DNA of 62,412 bases, the filler included, from Kipferlia bialata (Eukaryota): assembly GCA_003568945.1 (NCBI GenBank). It is 2 parts of 2 records of this genome, joined end to end, with 100 filler letters (N's around TTAATTAATTAA, not from the genome) between each part and the next. Parts side by side here need not be neighbours in the genome. Positions count along the whole stretch, not along the records: positions 31,266 to 62,412 come from BDIP01000114.1; 1 more part is not named here. The stretch is one strand, 5' to 3'. Positions 43,366-55,600 of this stretch are shown one piece after another; position 1 is the first letter of the stretch; each line of letters opens with the position of its first letter. The notes below the pieces were generated by a model. The model saw only the letters and a program-made list of their open reading frames with translations. It searched no databases and was not told where the DNA came from. The position numbers and the translations under genes are program-made.

Positions 43366-43803
43366 GGGACCAGATGGTCATCAGTTAAAATAGAAAACAT
43401 TTGTACTGTCGTGTTCGTTAGTCAGTGAGCAAGAGTGTACTAAGGGCTAGTGTTTGGTGACGCGATATGGTATGTATATACATATATATATGATATTTAG
43501 GATCGAGTCTAGATAACTCCCAACACCTCTATGTGAAACTGAGTGGTTCTCTCTATTGGGTGTCCTATCGCTGTCCAGATTAATACCAGATGTATAGCGC
43601 AAGCGACCTTTGTTACAAATATGCTCTTGCTTTCGACTGGAAGAGACTTCTGAAAGGAAAGAGACCTCTTAAAACGCAAGAGGTGGCAGGAGGATAGGGT
43701 GATAGGAGGACTCGGCGTTCTCAGAGTCAAAGGCCCGGCAGACATAATCATAATCAGTGTGTCAGTGTGTCAGGGACAATGGAGAGTGGATACATGGATG
43801 TGC

Positions 43804-44214
43804 CTAGTAGCCAAGCCTCTCCTTCACGGCGTCTGCAAAGAGAGGCGCCCTGATGGGCTGGTCTGGGTTGACCAGGGGGGACTTCAACACATAGTCTGCG
43901 TAGAGCTGGTAGACATCACCCAGCATGGCCTGCAGGTCAGCCTTGTGGTCGAGACTGGCCAGCAGCAGCATCTTGAGGCCGGTGGGGGTCTCGAGACAGG
44001 CCGCCTTCGTCTTGGCTGTGCTGAACTCCCTGATGCCACTGGTGGTCTCCCTGCCTCTGGGGGCCACCTCGTTAGACAGGGCAAACAGGCCGTGGAAGGT
44101 GGACAGCAATACTAGGTAGTCATTGGCACTGATCCCAGTCTCACGGGGGACAAACTCCTGACTGTACACAAGACCTCCAGCCTTGGAAATGATAAAGAGA
44201 GCGTGTACACCCAT
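43804..44214 (-). CDS. TRAPPC4: TRAPP subunit 4 (Trs23/synbindin), intronless
   Basis: IISKAGGLVY, NDYLVLLSTFHGL, ETPTGLK, YQLYADYVLKSP. Confidence 0.93.
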   Translation of the reverse strand: MGVHALFIISKAGGLVYSQEFVPRETGISANDYLVLLSTFHGLFALSNEVAPRGRETTSGIREFSTAKTKAACLETPTGLKMLLLASLDHKADLQAMLGDVYQLYADYVLKSPLVNPDQPIRAPLFADAVKERLGY

Positions 44215-44255
44215 ATGCAGACTACTCTGGTGTCGGTTAGAGAGTATATGTACAG

Positions 44256-44277
44256 GGACCAGTCTGGTCCGACCAGA
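44256..44277. mobile_element. Putative excision footprint within a divergent promoter
   Basis: g-gaccag-t-ctggtc-c-gaccag-a. Confidence 0.6.
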
Positions 44278-44368
44278 CTCAATTCAAAAATGTTACTTCA
44301 ACCCTTCGACTCGGGCTGATGGCTGTACAGTAGCAGTCTCTTCACCCAACCCTGTTGGACACTACGGT

Positions 44369-46140
44369 ATGTCCCTAGGGGACTTCGGGGATCTTGGATC
44401 ACACTATGACGGTGAGTGGAGTTGGTTCTAGTGTTACCAATGGAGGTTACAAAGGCTATACTCCGATGACGTACTTGGCATGTGTATACTATACCTCACC
44501 CCAGACTTCTCTCCCAGTGGCGATGTACCCAACACCACCCTCACCATTGTGAAGGAGGCAGACACGCACCAGATGTTTGTTCAGGACTCTGTGGGCCCCC
44601 CCATGCCTGCTCACATCGAGCCTAGATTCGGATACATGTGCCCTGACGCACAGCCAGAGGGGGAGGACGCCTACACCAGCATGCTCACCGTGACGCCTGG
44701 CCCCTTCCTGCCTCCAGCCGGCAAGATGTACCCCTTCCTGCCTGACACTGAGGCCATGCCCTGCCCCGTGTCCCACATTGTCAGGTCGGGGGTGTCAGTG
44801 CGCACAGACACAGCCGTGCTCAGGGTATCCGGCATATTCACAGACGCAGCCCCTCAGGTGGGTGTACGTAGTAGCAGTGTACCTTGGTCCTGCGTTCTAT
44901 ACATGTCACTCTCCTCTCTTTGTATGTATGTCTTGGTCCTGGCCCTTCTCGCTCACGCCAGGGTCTGCCCGACATCGATGTGGCCGGTATGGCGTCTGTC
45001 AAGGGGGTCATTGTAGGGGGACAGTGTGCTGGCCTGGGTGACGATGCGTCTATAGCCGTGAAGGGCCGTGTGATGAAGGGCACCCGCACCAGCATCACCC
45101 TGGGTGCCATGGCATCAGTCAACATGGACGGCATGGATGTTGGGCTGGACTCAGACACAGAGGACGAGGACGACGAGGAGTACCGCAGGATGGGCGACCC
45201 CACTCCCCCCCCTCGGTCCCAGGCTGACACCCGGTCATCCTCAGGCCACTCCTCTCGGTCGCACTCCTCCTCACCCCCCCACAGCCCAGAGGCGCCGGGT
45301 CTCTCTCTGGCAGGTCTGTCCATCCCCCCCATCTCCCATGGCGCTGTGCCAGCCGGTGTCTATGCCTCTGCCATCACCAGGGTCAAGGGCCAGACATCTG
45401 AGTCCGATACAGCTAACAATGACAAGGGCAAGGAGTGGGGTGTGAGGTCTGTTGATGTGGGAGGTGAGGTGCTGGCAGGCATGTGTCTGCCTGCTGTCAG
45501 TGTGGGTGCAAGGGGGGTGGTGGACGTGCCAGTCCCCACCTTCATCCTCCCTAGGCGGCTGAGGCGGCAGAAGTGCCAGCCCGTGGCCCTGTCTGACACC
45601 CTCCCCCCCCCTGCCCTCCCTCCCCCCATGGACACGGAGGAGGGGGTGGATGTGTCCCACTTTGCAGGGGATGCAGACACCCACTACAGCACAGGGAGGG
45701 TCGGGTACTCTGCCTTTGCCCCCTCTGTTATGGAGAGGCCCTCCTTCCACACCAGACCCCACATGGGTACAGGGGTGGCATCGCTATCCATGGCATCTAC
45801 CGGCAGGTCCTGCGCCTCAGTCTCTCTCTCCACGCCCCTCAGGTCTGTCTCTGCCAAGCTTGGGGCCAGGATTCACGCCCTGCCCGGTCTAGCCCCCAGA
45901 CACTCTGTGGCGGCCAGGGTGTCTGACCCCAGGGGTGACACGTGGAGTGTGGGTGTGACGTCTGGCAAGGCGGCCTCGTCCTATGTCCGTGGGTCTGTGC
46001 AGTGGAGGCTGAGCGACAGTGTGTGCATGGGTGTAGGGGCAGAGTGGCAGGCTGGGACAGGCAGCGAGGGAGGGTCCCTGAGGAGGGTCGGTATGAGTCT
46101 GGCATATGGTAGCAAGGGGCTTCTGTCCACTCTCGAGTAG
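44369..46140 (+). CDS. Candidate Tom40/eukaryotic porin beta-barrel with a low-complexity insertion, 3 exons
   Basis: N-terminus LGDFGDL..TLTIVKEADTHQMFVQDSVG..RFGY; C-terminal amphipathic strands ending RRVGMSLAY (beta-signal-like). Confidence 0.5.
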
Positions 46141-46344
46141 ATATAGATATAGACACAGCAGTCAGCTGTTCAAACACCAACCGAATTCATATATTGACGA
46201 TAAAATAGCAATGTACTGCATCACTGCAGCGGTAACCGACCCAGCACCCTAGGGGAGTATAGAGACCCCCGCACAACACACACGAAAGACACGGAACCAT
46301 ACTTAACACAGCAAGAAAGAGCAGGGTCTGGTAACTGAGTGTCC

Positions 46345-46643
46345 TTACTTCTTGGACTTCTTCTTGGACTTCTTCTCTCCCTTCTCTCCCTTCTTGGAGG
46401 ACTTGTGGCTCTTCTTGGAGGCCCCCTTGCCCTCCTTAGACTTCTTGGCCTTCTTGGCCTTCTTAGCCTCCTCCGCGGCCTTGGTCTCCACCTCCTCAAG
46501 CAGGGCTGGGGTGGGGGGTAGAGAGAGAGAGAGAGAGAGAAAGAGAGTGAGGGAGGGACTGCCGCACCTGCGAGTGTCTCCTCGTCGATGTCCTCAGCTA
46601 TCATGTCATTGTCGTCAGAGGCCTCCTCAGCAGGGGTCATGGC
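46345..46643 (-). CDS. Two 3' exons encoding an acidic then lysine-rich tail (probably from a different gene than the methyltransferase)
   Basis: AMTPAEEASDDNDMIAEDIDEETLAALLEEVETKAAEEAKKAKK...KKSKK*. Confidence 0.7.
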
Positions 46644-46657
46644 CTGGGTCAGACACA

Positions 46658-46699
<42 letters not shown>

Positions 46700-46801
46700 G
46701 AGATATGTATATATATATATGATTAGAATCTGTGGCCCGCAATCAAAGGTCAAAGTTCCGGCTTTGTACATACACTATCACTACACTATCCCTACATATA
46801 C

Positions 46802-47491
46802 CTGGGAGAAGGATACGTCCACCAGAGGCTTGGGGATAGTGGTGTGGGTGACGTCCCAGGACAGAGCCACGCTGTCGAACACTGGCAGCCTGGTGTCCTC
46901 TCCGGAGTGGGACACAATGACCAGCACTCCAGCCTCACGCAGCACCCGGTGTGCCTCGCGGAGATACCTCTGGACGGCAGAGAGGTTGTCGAACCCACAG
47001 AGGAGGGTGTCGAGGAGAGCCTTGTCCACAATCACGTCAAAGGACTCGCTCTCAAAGTCAAGCAGGGTCACGTCCATGGTGAGGTACTGCATGGAGGGCC
47101 GGGCCTCCATCTCGGGGGCCATGATCTGGCGGCACAGGGGCACGTAGTCAAGGGCAACCACGTTCTCAAACCCATCGTCGTGCAGCTGGATGGGCAGACG
47201 GGAGGTGCCGCTGCCGGGGAGCAGCACACGCACAGACCCAGCGAGGTGGGGCTCAACAAGATGCCGGAAGTTCTCATAACGCACATAGAAGTCGAACATG
47301 CTCGGCCTCTGAGCATACCTGTGTCAGAACAGAAACACAGAAACATCCACTGAACATAGTATGGCTGTTAACAAAGTAATGGCGCAGAAGAGCCACAATA
47401 AGCAGAAACACAGGAGAGCGAGTCATACTCCATGAATGAGGTACCTGGCAGCCCAGTAGCTCTTCTCAGCGTAATTCTGACTATCGGTCAT
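46802..47491 (-). CDS. Class I SAM-dependent methyltransferase, EEF1AKMT4/METTL13-N-like
   Basis: YAEKSYWAARY, FDFY, VLLPGSGTSRL, MDVTLLDF, FDVIVDKALLDTLLCG, RVLREAG. Confidence 0.9.
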
Positions 47492-47630
47492 CTTTCTTTT
47501 GGGGTTCGACTGCTCTGAAATGATCTATGAGGGTGAGCAACTACTCAAACTGCCTAGACAGCGAGGCAGTATGGCAATTCGAAGTTAGCCAGTCCGATTT
47601 TTTGGTCGAGAAGGGTTTAGGAACTCGAGC

Positions 47631-47699
47631 TTGAGTCAACTTGACTCAGTCAAGCAGGCTGCTTGAAGCAGCTTGACAATTGAGTCAAGCAGCTTGACA
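47631..47699. mobile_element. Two overlapping putative footprints next to an unmodified copy of the site
   Basis: 47633-47654 and 47651-47672; pristine copy at 47680-47699. Confidence 0.65.
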
Positions 47700-47858
47700 G
47701 GGTAACTCTCACTTGAATTATTACCCGACCAGCCCTCAGAACAAATATTTCAACTCTTTATTCTATTTTCACACTCAATTAACGTACCACACTCCTGCTC
47801 AAAAGTCCACAGGAAGCGGTGAAACTCACACTATGTTGTACTACTACCCTGTAGGGGT

Positions 47859-49296
47859 TTACTGGTTCAGGTTGTCGAAGGTCTCGCTGATCTCGTCGTA
47901 CACGGCCTGGAACTCGGCCACGGCCATCTCCTCCGTCATGGAGACGTCGTTGGTGTCGACCTGGTTGAGGGTGGCAACCCTGTACAGAAGGTCACGGGTG
48001 GCGGCGCTGATGGCGTCGTAGGTGAGGCCCTTCTCCTTGCCCTGGGGTTAGTATGTGACACGACACATACACACTGATTGACTGGTAATCATCATTGCTT
48101 CTAATGCACACATACCTTGACAAGAGAGTCCTGGGCCCTGTTGTAGTAGTGGAGCATGTTCTTGAGGATCCACACAGTCTTGTAGAAGGGGCAGTATCTG
48201 TCGTGGGGGGTGAATCCGTTCTGCTGGAGCCATCCCTCCTTGATGATGGCGGCAATGGCAAGCTTGCACTTGTCAGACTCGGGCAGAGAGTCCTGGGGTC
48301 AGAGGTGTATTATATGAATCACTATATAATATATGTATATATATGCTACCTGTCCGACGAGCTGCACAATCTCCTGGAGCTCAACCTCATCCTGAAGAAT
48401 CTGCCTGCACTGGGACCTAGTCGTAAGCACAGACAGATACAGAGAGAGAGATCCCTTGAGAGAGTATGCAAGGTATATACCTGATGGGGAGGAAGTCGGC
48501 GTGGTTCTCCTCGTAGTATGGCTCCAGGGTGTTGGTGCATCTGGAGTAGGAGATGTGCCAGTCGATGGAGGGGAAGTGCTTGCGCCTGGCAAGCTCCTTG
48601 GACAGTCCCCAGAACACCTGGGGTGAGTATCAGGGTGATGAGTTGTGTCTGCAAGAGAGATAAAGATAGAGAGGGAGAGGGAGAGAGAGCGTACCTGCAC
48701 GATGGACAGGGTGGACACACACACAGTGTCAGAGAAGTCTCCTCCGGCAGGGGACACAGCTCCGACAATGGACACAGATCCGTGCCTAGAGGGGTGAGAG
48801 GAAGATAGGTAGGTGAGCTATTATGCCACACTATACAGCTACACACCTGTTGGGGGATCCCAGGCAGGACACACGGCCGGCTCTCTCGTAGAAGGAGGAG
48901 AGACGGGTTCCGAGGTAGGCAGGGTAGCCAGACTCACCGGGCATCTCAGCAAGACGTCCGGAAATCTCACGGAGGGCCTCAGCCCACCTGGGGGGTGAGA
49001 AAAAGATGATACAGAGAGAGAGAGAAGGAGAGGGGGGGAGGGGGGAGGGGGGGTTAAAGAATAGGAGTGTAGATATAGTATCTATATAGTGCATACCTGG
49101 ATGTGGAGTCAGCCATCATGGCCACGTTGAGGCCCATGTCTCTGAAGTACTCAGACAGGGTGATGCCGGTGTAGATGGAGGCCTCACGGGCAGCCACAGG
49201 CATGTTGGAGGTGTTGGCGACGAGGGTGGTACGCTTCATGATGGACTCCATCTTGCCGTTGTGCTCCATCTCGAGCTCGGGGAACTCGACAAGCAC
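47859..49296 (-). CDS. VMA1: V-type ATPase catalytic subunit A, 3' half only
   Basis: [62 protein letters not shown]; truncated at the G/C tract 49336-49392. Confidence 0.97.
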
Positions 49297-49636
49297 CTAG
49301 GGTAAGAGAGGGGGGTCACATGTAGAGTAAGAAGAGGGGGGGGGGGGGGGGGGGGGGGGGGGCACCCCCCCCCCCCCCCCCCCCCCCCCCCCACAAATCC
49401 AATTACCACCCTATGGATTCAGAGTGTGCAGACAATTCCAATAGTATGAGTTGGGTCTCTCTCCCTCTCTCGACCAAGTAGATCTACTCCTCTTTATATT
49501 CGTGTTTCCGCACCTTCCGTATTACTTCTATCATTTGTGCATATCCATTGTCAACCGATGGTTGAGTCCCCATCCCCCCCCTCCCCCCCCTCTCTCGGTA
49601 CATGTCTCTCTCTCATCCTCTCTCCCTTCCCCCCAG

Positions 49637-52600
49637 CTGTATCAATGGAGGTACCGATGAGGAGAGTGTATGTGTCAATATATATTTTAGAGTGTCTGTC
49701 TATTTATACATCCCTCCCCTTACCCCCAGCTGTATCTCTGGAGGTATCGATGAGGAGAGTGTCTGTATCAGTGTGGGACAGCAGTGCCTGGCAGACTGTC
49801 AGCTGGAGGAGACAGGTGGGTATATGTATATGTACTATGTATATGTCGATATGTACATAGTATTCTCTATATTTCCTCCTATGTGCCAGACTGTCAGCTG
49901 GGGGAGACAGGTGGGTATACATATATACATATATACAATATCCCTGTGTTCGCTCCTGTTTGACATTTGTATATACTCACTCCCAGCCTGTGCCAGGGAC
50001 TGTCTCATCTCTCTGCCTGAGGTGGACTGGTGGCCTATCCCTAACTTCGGTGCTCCCCCTGCAAGGTAGGGACACTCACACACTCTCTCATACATCTACA
50101 CAAGCACATGACCCTTACTTTGTTCATATATAAATTATGTGGCCTATCCCCAACTTCGGTGCACCCCCTGCTAGGTACAGAGCATTTCTCTCTCTCTCTG
50201 TGTCCCCCCCCCTCATTCCTTCCTGTTTCTTGCTCCCTTCTCTTTATCTGGCGCATGAACTACTCCATTTTCTCTCCTCTCCATCTCTATCTCTATCAGG
50301 ATTAAGAAATCATTATCGAAGCTGTATATCTATATATACCCGTACACTGTCTGACCCCAGGCGCATGAACAGTCTCACTTCTGACATATATACCTGCCTG
50401 CGTCAAAATATATACATACGCAAAATGGTTAACCCAATATAGAATAGTATATGTATAATTATCCCGTGTCTCACCACCAGGCGCATGAACAGTCTGCTCC
50501 TCAAGGACACTTCATCCACAGACAGAGAGAGGTATGCATGTGGTTATATATATATGCGCATGTGTATATACATACAATCATATGTATGTATTATTCCATT
50601 AAGTTATTGTTGTTGGCGATAACTGACACATCATCCAGAGACAAGGAGAGGCATGAGAACACAACAGAGAGTATATATAGAAAATATAGTATATATAGTA
50701 TATCTATACCTATCCACCACCCACCCCTCTCTCTCAGTTCATATTGTGACAGAGAGAGAGAATTGAGCGTATATGTGATAACATACTGCCACCCCCCCTA
50801 TATCCATTGTGACCGTGCGTCACTATCCTCTCTCCCTCCCTGTCCCACATGCATGAGACTTCTTCTCCTTGGTGGCACCCACACCATCTCCTCCTACTAC
50901 TAACCTCTCTCTCTCTCCTTACACCCTCATTCCAGACTACTACTATTTAGTGGCACTGACACCATCTCGTACTACTGCAATTCTCTCTCTCTCCCCCTCT
51001 GTGTGTGTGTATATATACCCTCATATCAGGTTACTGCTGTTTGGTGGCACTGACACCCTCTCGTACTACAGTGATGTCTGGTACTACAACACACACTCCA
51101 ACGGGGAGTCTGACTCCACCAACTATACATGGTACAAGGCAGCGGTCAAGGGTCAGTACTACTCCTATATATATATATATATGTACCAGGTATATACTAT
51201 AGAATATATTAACTGTATACACATATATTTAATGGGGAGTCTGACTCCACCAACTATACATGATACAAGGCGGCAGTCAAGGGTTAGTACTAGTCCTATA
51301 TATACAAATATGCAAATACTATAGAATACAATCACTGTATACACATATACTCAATGGGGAGTCTGACTCCACCAACTACACGTGGTACAAGGCGGCGGTC
51401 AAGGGTATGGGTGTACTTCATATATACTACTTTTTTTTTATTTTTTATAGTATATTCACAATATATATATTGTATACACATGGTTCCAAGTAGTCAAAGG
51501 GATGTGCTACTAATACATACACTACTTGTGTCCCATCCCTCACCCCAGGTGACAGTCCCCCCCCTCGTTCTGAGGCCATTGGGTTCCTCAGTGGTACCAA
51601 CCTGTACATAGGGTTCGGAAGGAAGGTATCAGACAGTCATATTCACTATGGTCTCCTTTAGATCAGATATTGTACTGATTGCACAATTTCACTAGGCCTA
51701 ATAGTGTTAGGATAAGTCCTCCTAACCCGCAGGACAACACCTTCTACAGTGACCTGTGGATGTTGAACACTCACCTTGAGTATATTTGTATATTATATAT
51801 ATGTGTGTGATACTAATATGATGATTTTTTTATAGTGCGTCTCCTTACCCCAGGACGACACCTTCTACAGTGACGTGTGGGTGTTATCAGTATCAGTATC
51901 CACTAACCTACCAACTACATTACTTGCTGATACCAAGGACAACACCTTCTACAGTGATATGTGGGAGTTGATCACACTATACCCATACGGAACTTCCAGT
52001 GCTAATAGTTTGTCTTTCTCTTTAAAGGATGAATCATATTAGCGTTAAGACTCTGCTTAACCCCCAGGACAACACCTTTTACAGTGATGTGTGGGTGTTG
52101 AACACTGACCCAGAGTATATATTTGTATTATATATATGTGTGTGATGCTGATATGTATATTGTATAGTCTGGCATCTAACTCCTAGGACAACACCTTCTA
52201 CAGCGATGTGTGGGTGTTGAACACTGACCCAGAGGACATGGTGTGGAGGGAGGTGGACACACCACTCGGGGCAAGTAAGTACACATACACACATATATAT
52301 ATGAATATATATATATATATATAAATATAAGTATATATTCAATTTGGGGACATGGTGTGGAGGGAGGTGGATACACCACTGGGGGCAAGTGCGTATATGC
52401 ATATGTGTATATGAATATATGTATATATACAATACTTAATCCTATATATATTCATCCAGAGGACATTGTGTGTTGGAGGACACAATTCTGGGGGCAAGTA
52501 TGTATATGAACAAAGACGTCAATAACGATGTACTATACATTTATGACGCATATTCTCTTTCACTGTGGTTCACTTCACCTAATTTCAGGATCAGGTGCCT

Positions 52601-55600
52601 TTAGCGCCCCTCTAGATGTCACTACTTGTCACGAGACAGGGTGCAGCACAGATTGTAACACCAGTTGTGCCACAACGTGTGGGGCAGATGATCCGGACTG
52701 TTCCACTTCATGCCAGGCAGAGTGTTTACTGACATGCCCTATGGTAGAGTGTGACGCAGACACCCCTACTGGCCCCACTGTGGAGACATGTCTGCTGGTG
52801 TTTGGGGGGGCAGTCGGGAACAGGCTGTTGAGAGGTATATCTCAATTCTCTATGCAACCCGGTAGTTCTAAACTTCATATTGAATATATATCTTCCCATT
52901 TACCCCCAGAGACGTGGCTCTTCACCCCCTCCACCGAGACCTTCACCTCTGTCCCCCACCTGGACCTAGCATCAACGCCACCCGCCAGTGCTAAGGGATG
53001 TGCCGTATCAGCAGGTGTGTACCACACATATATATACATGATAATTCAAGTATGAGTGTAAATATGTGTTATATTGACCAATGTACGACTATTTCACCTG
53101 TCTATAAGTATAGGTACAATTATACTTGGTGCATATAGTGTATATAGAGCATATATTGCATTATCTTCCTCTTAGAGTTTAAAGAGTCCACAATTTTATC
53201 TATATTGGTATTGTTCTATATCTACAATATATCTCTACATACAATCTATCTCTACATGCGGGTATATGTATTAATCGTTTCACTATATGACCCTATCCCA
53301 CCCCAGGTGACACTGTGTACCTGCATGGTGGCATGGCAGAGTATGACTACGAGGTGGGTCATCTAGAATATATATATTTACTACGTATAGAAACATCTAC
53401 TCTTATGTAATCGTAGTGATGAAATCCAGTCAGACTCTTCACTCTCTCCATATACTGAATATATATGACAGCAACGCTTCCACATTTCATCTGTATTTAC
53501 CAGTGCCTTCCTCTCACCCCTTAGACTGGTCTGCGCCAGGGCAGCCCTGCTACCTACGCGTTCTCAGCAGACACAATGGTGAGTAGAGATCATCTCTTTC
53601 ATGTGAATATGTGCATGCCATCAATTGGTATGTGAAAGGAGTTTTTACATAGTATATGAATACTCTTCAGTCACTCTCTGTTCTCACCCTAGGCTTGGTC
53701 CATTGTCCACCAGCCAGACTCTGCCACTGCCACCATGATACAGAACATGCCATGCTACCTGGACTCAACGCAGTCCATACTGTATTCAGGTAATTGCAGT
53801 ATGTATAGAATATGCAATATACATACATTGTATATATAGTAATGATACAGAACATGCCATGCTACCTGGACTCAACAGGGACCATACTGTACTCAGGTAT
53901 ATGGCACACATACCCATCATTATGCTTATATTCTAGGATACACTGGCAGAAGTACAAAGTAGATTCTCTCAAATTACCCCCAATTTACGGTTGAATACAC
54001 TTTCATATAGGTGACATTTCCTAACCACAGTGTATGGCATGGATGTGACCACTGGGGACATTGAGACCAGGCTTCGGTCTCTACCCCTTTGTGCATGCAC
54101 TGCATCCCCTGCATCTGATGAGTGTGAGTGGTCGGTAGAGTACACATCCAGGGACCTAGCTAGGTAATGGTGTAATAATGGATGTCAGATCAATCACTAT
54201 ATCACATATGAGAGTGGTATCAGACCTTACCTGTGCAAGTGGGTGGGGACTATAGACACTAGTAGAGATGCTGATGTTATTACTATCCGTTCGCTCTTAC
54301 CCCAGACACTCCCACACCTAGATGATGGTGATAACTATACATATATATTATATGCATTTTTATTATATACATATATATTATATATACTATATACATATCA
54401 GACATTGAGTCTAACCCCAGACACTCCCACACTGCAGCCCAGTCATTCAGCAAGGTGGCCTTCATGATCGGAGGTATAGAGTATATATTCAGTATACAAC
54501 GATATATTCATGTCATATGAATTCATTTATTTATATCATAAGAATTCATTAATTATATGGCCTTGTATCGTTGTATCTCCTTGTGATATGACTCACCCAG
54601 GCTGGCGCAACGAGGTCCGCAACGACGTCTGCTCAGTCTATCCCGATGACAATGGGTACTCAGCAAACACGTATGTGCTCAACCCTGTGTACGATGGAGG
54701 GCCGCCCACAGGTGTTACATTTCTCTCTGTGTCTATTGGTCTCTATGTTTGTATAAAGGTGTATACATTTAACACCTCAGGCCTTGAGTCCACTGCCTAT
54801 GCCACCAGTGGTGACAGTGTCTACGCATATGGCGGAAGACTTGGGGTACGTCCTCTGTTTAACCTCACATCTATATTTATACATTATATATTATATATTT
54901 CACTATCAGTTGTATGATTATGCCTCTCACAGTCCATATTTATATTGTTTCCAATGGTATGATGATATTCACAAGTAGGACGGCTCAGTGCTCAACACCC
55001 TGATTGCCTTCAACACCACTGCCACGTGCATAGACATGTGCCACGAGGAGTGGCAGGTACTGGATAGTCTTTACGCGATTATGTATCCTACACGACTAAC
55101 AATGCTCACAATTAGGAGTCTGGGATGGAGGCCTGTCATGATGAGTGCGACATAGACAAGTACCTCTGTGACAGCTGTGAGAGTGCCCATGACACATGCC
55201 TAGCATCTGCTGTCACTGAGGCAGAGACATCTGACTGTGACACTGCATACACAGAGTGCACGTCTGGTCTGGACGCCGTGGAGGAGCCATGCTACCAAGC
55301 ATACAAGACGTGTGGGGTGGAGGTTGATGAGTACAAGGAGCAGTGCACGGCTAGCCAGGAGGAGTGTGTAGCCCAGGCCCCCCCTGCCCAGTGTGCTGAT
55401 ACATACTACGCATGCTATGACCTAGCGGAGACTGACGCAGATGTTTCTGTCTGTTACCAGGACTATCTTGGCTGCTTCTACACCACAGCCGAGGTCATAT
55501 GCGACACCGCACTCGCTGAGTGTGAGGCAGCAGAGGATGGAACCGACTGCGAGGCTGCATTCAACCAGTGCTACCAACAGACAGATACTGGTGCGTGCTA

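Noticed and set aside
47631..47690. TGAGTCA (AP-1/GCN4-like) sites
   Set aside because: Fully explained by the inverted-triplication geometry; the other footprints share no sequence motif.
49336..49392. Trans-spliced split genes pairing through G/C runs
   Set aside because: Both fragments are 3' halves, and similar tracts flank the known gaps; assembly error is simpler.
51731..52230. Repeat-spacer pattern resembling a CRISPR array
   Set aside because: The repeats are acceptor plus exon sequence, spacing is irregular, spacers are intron-like and partly duplicated, and there are no cas genes.
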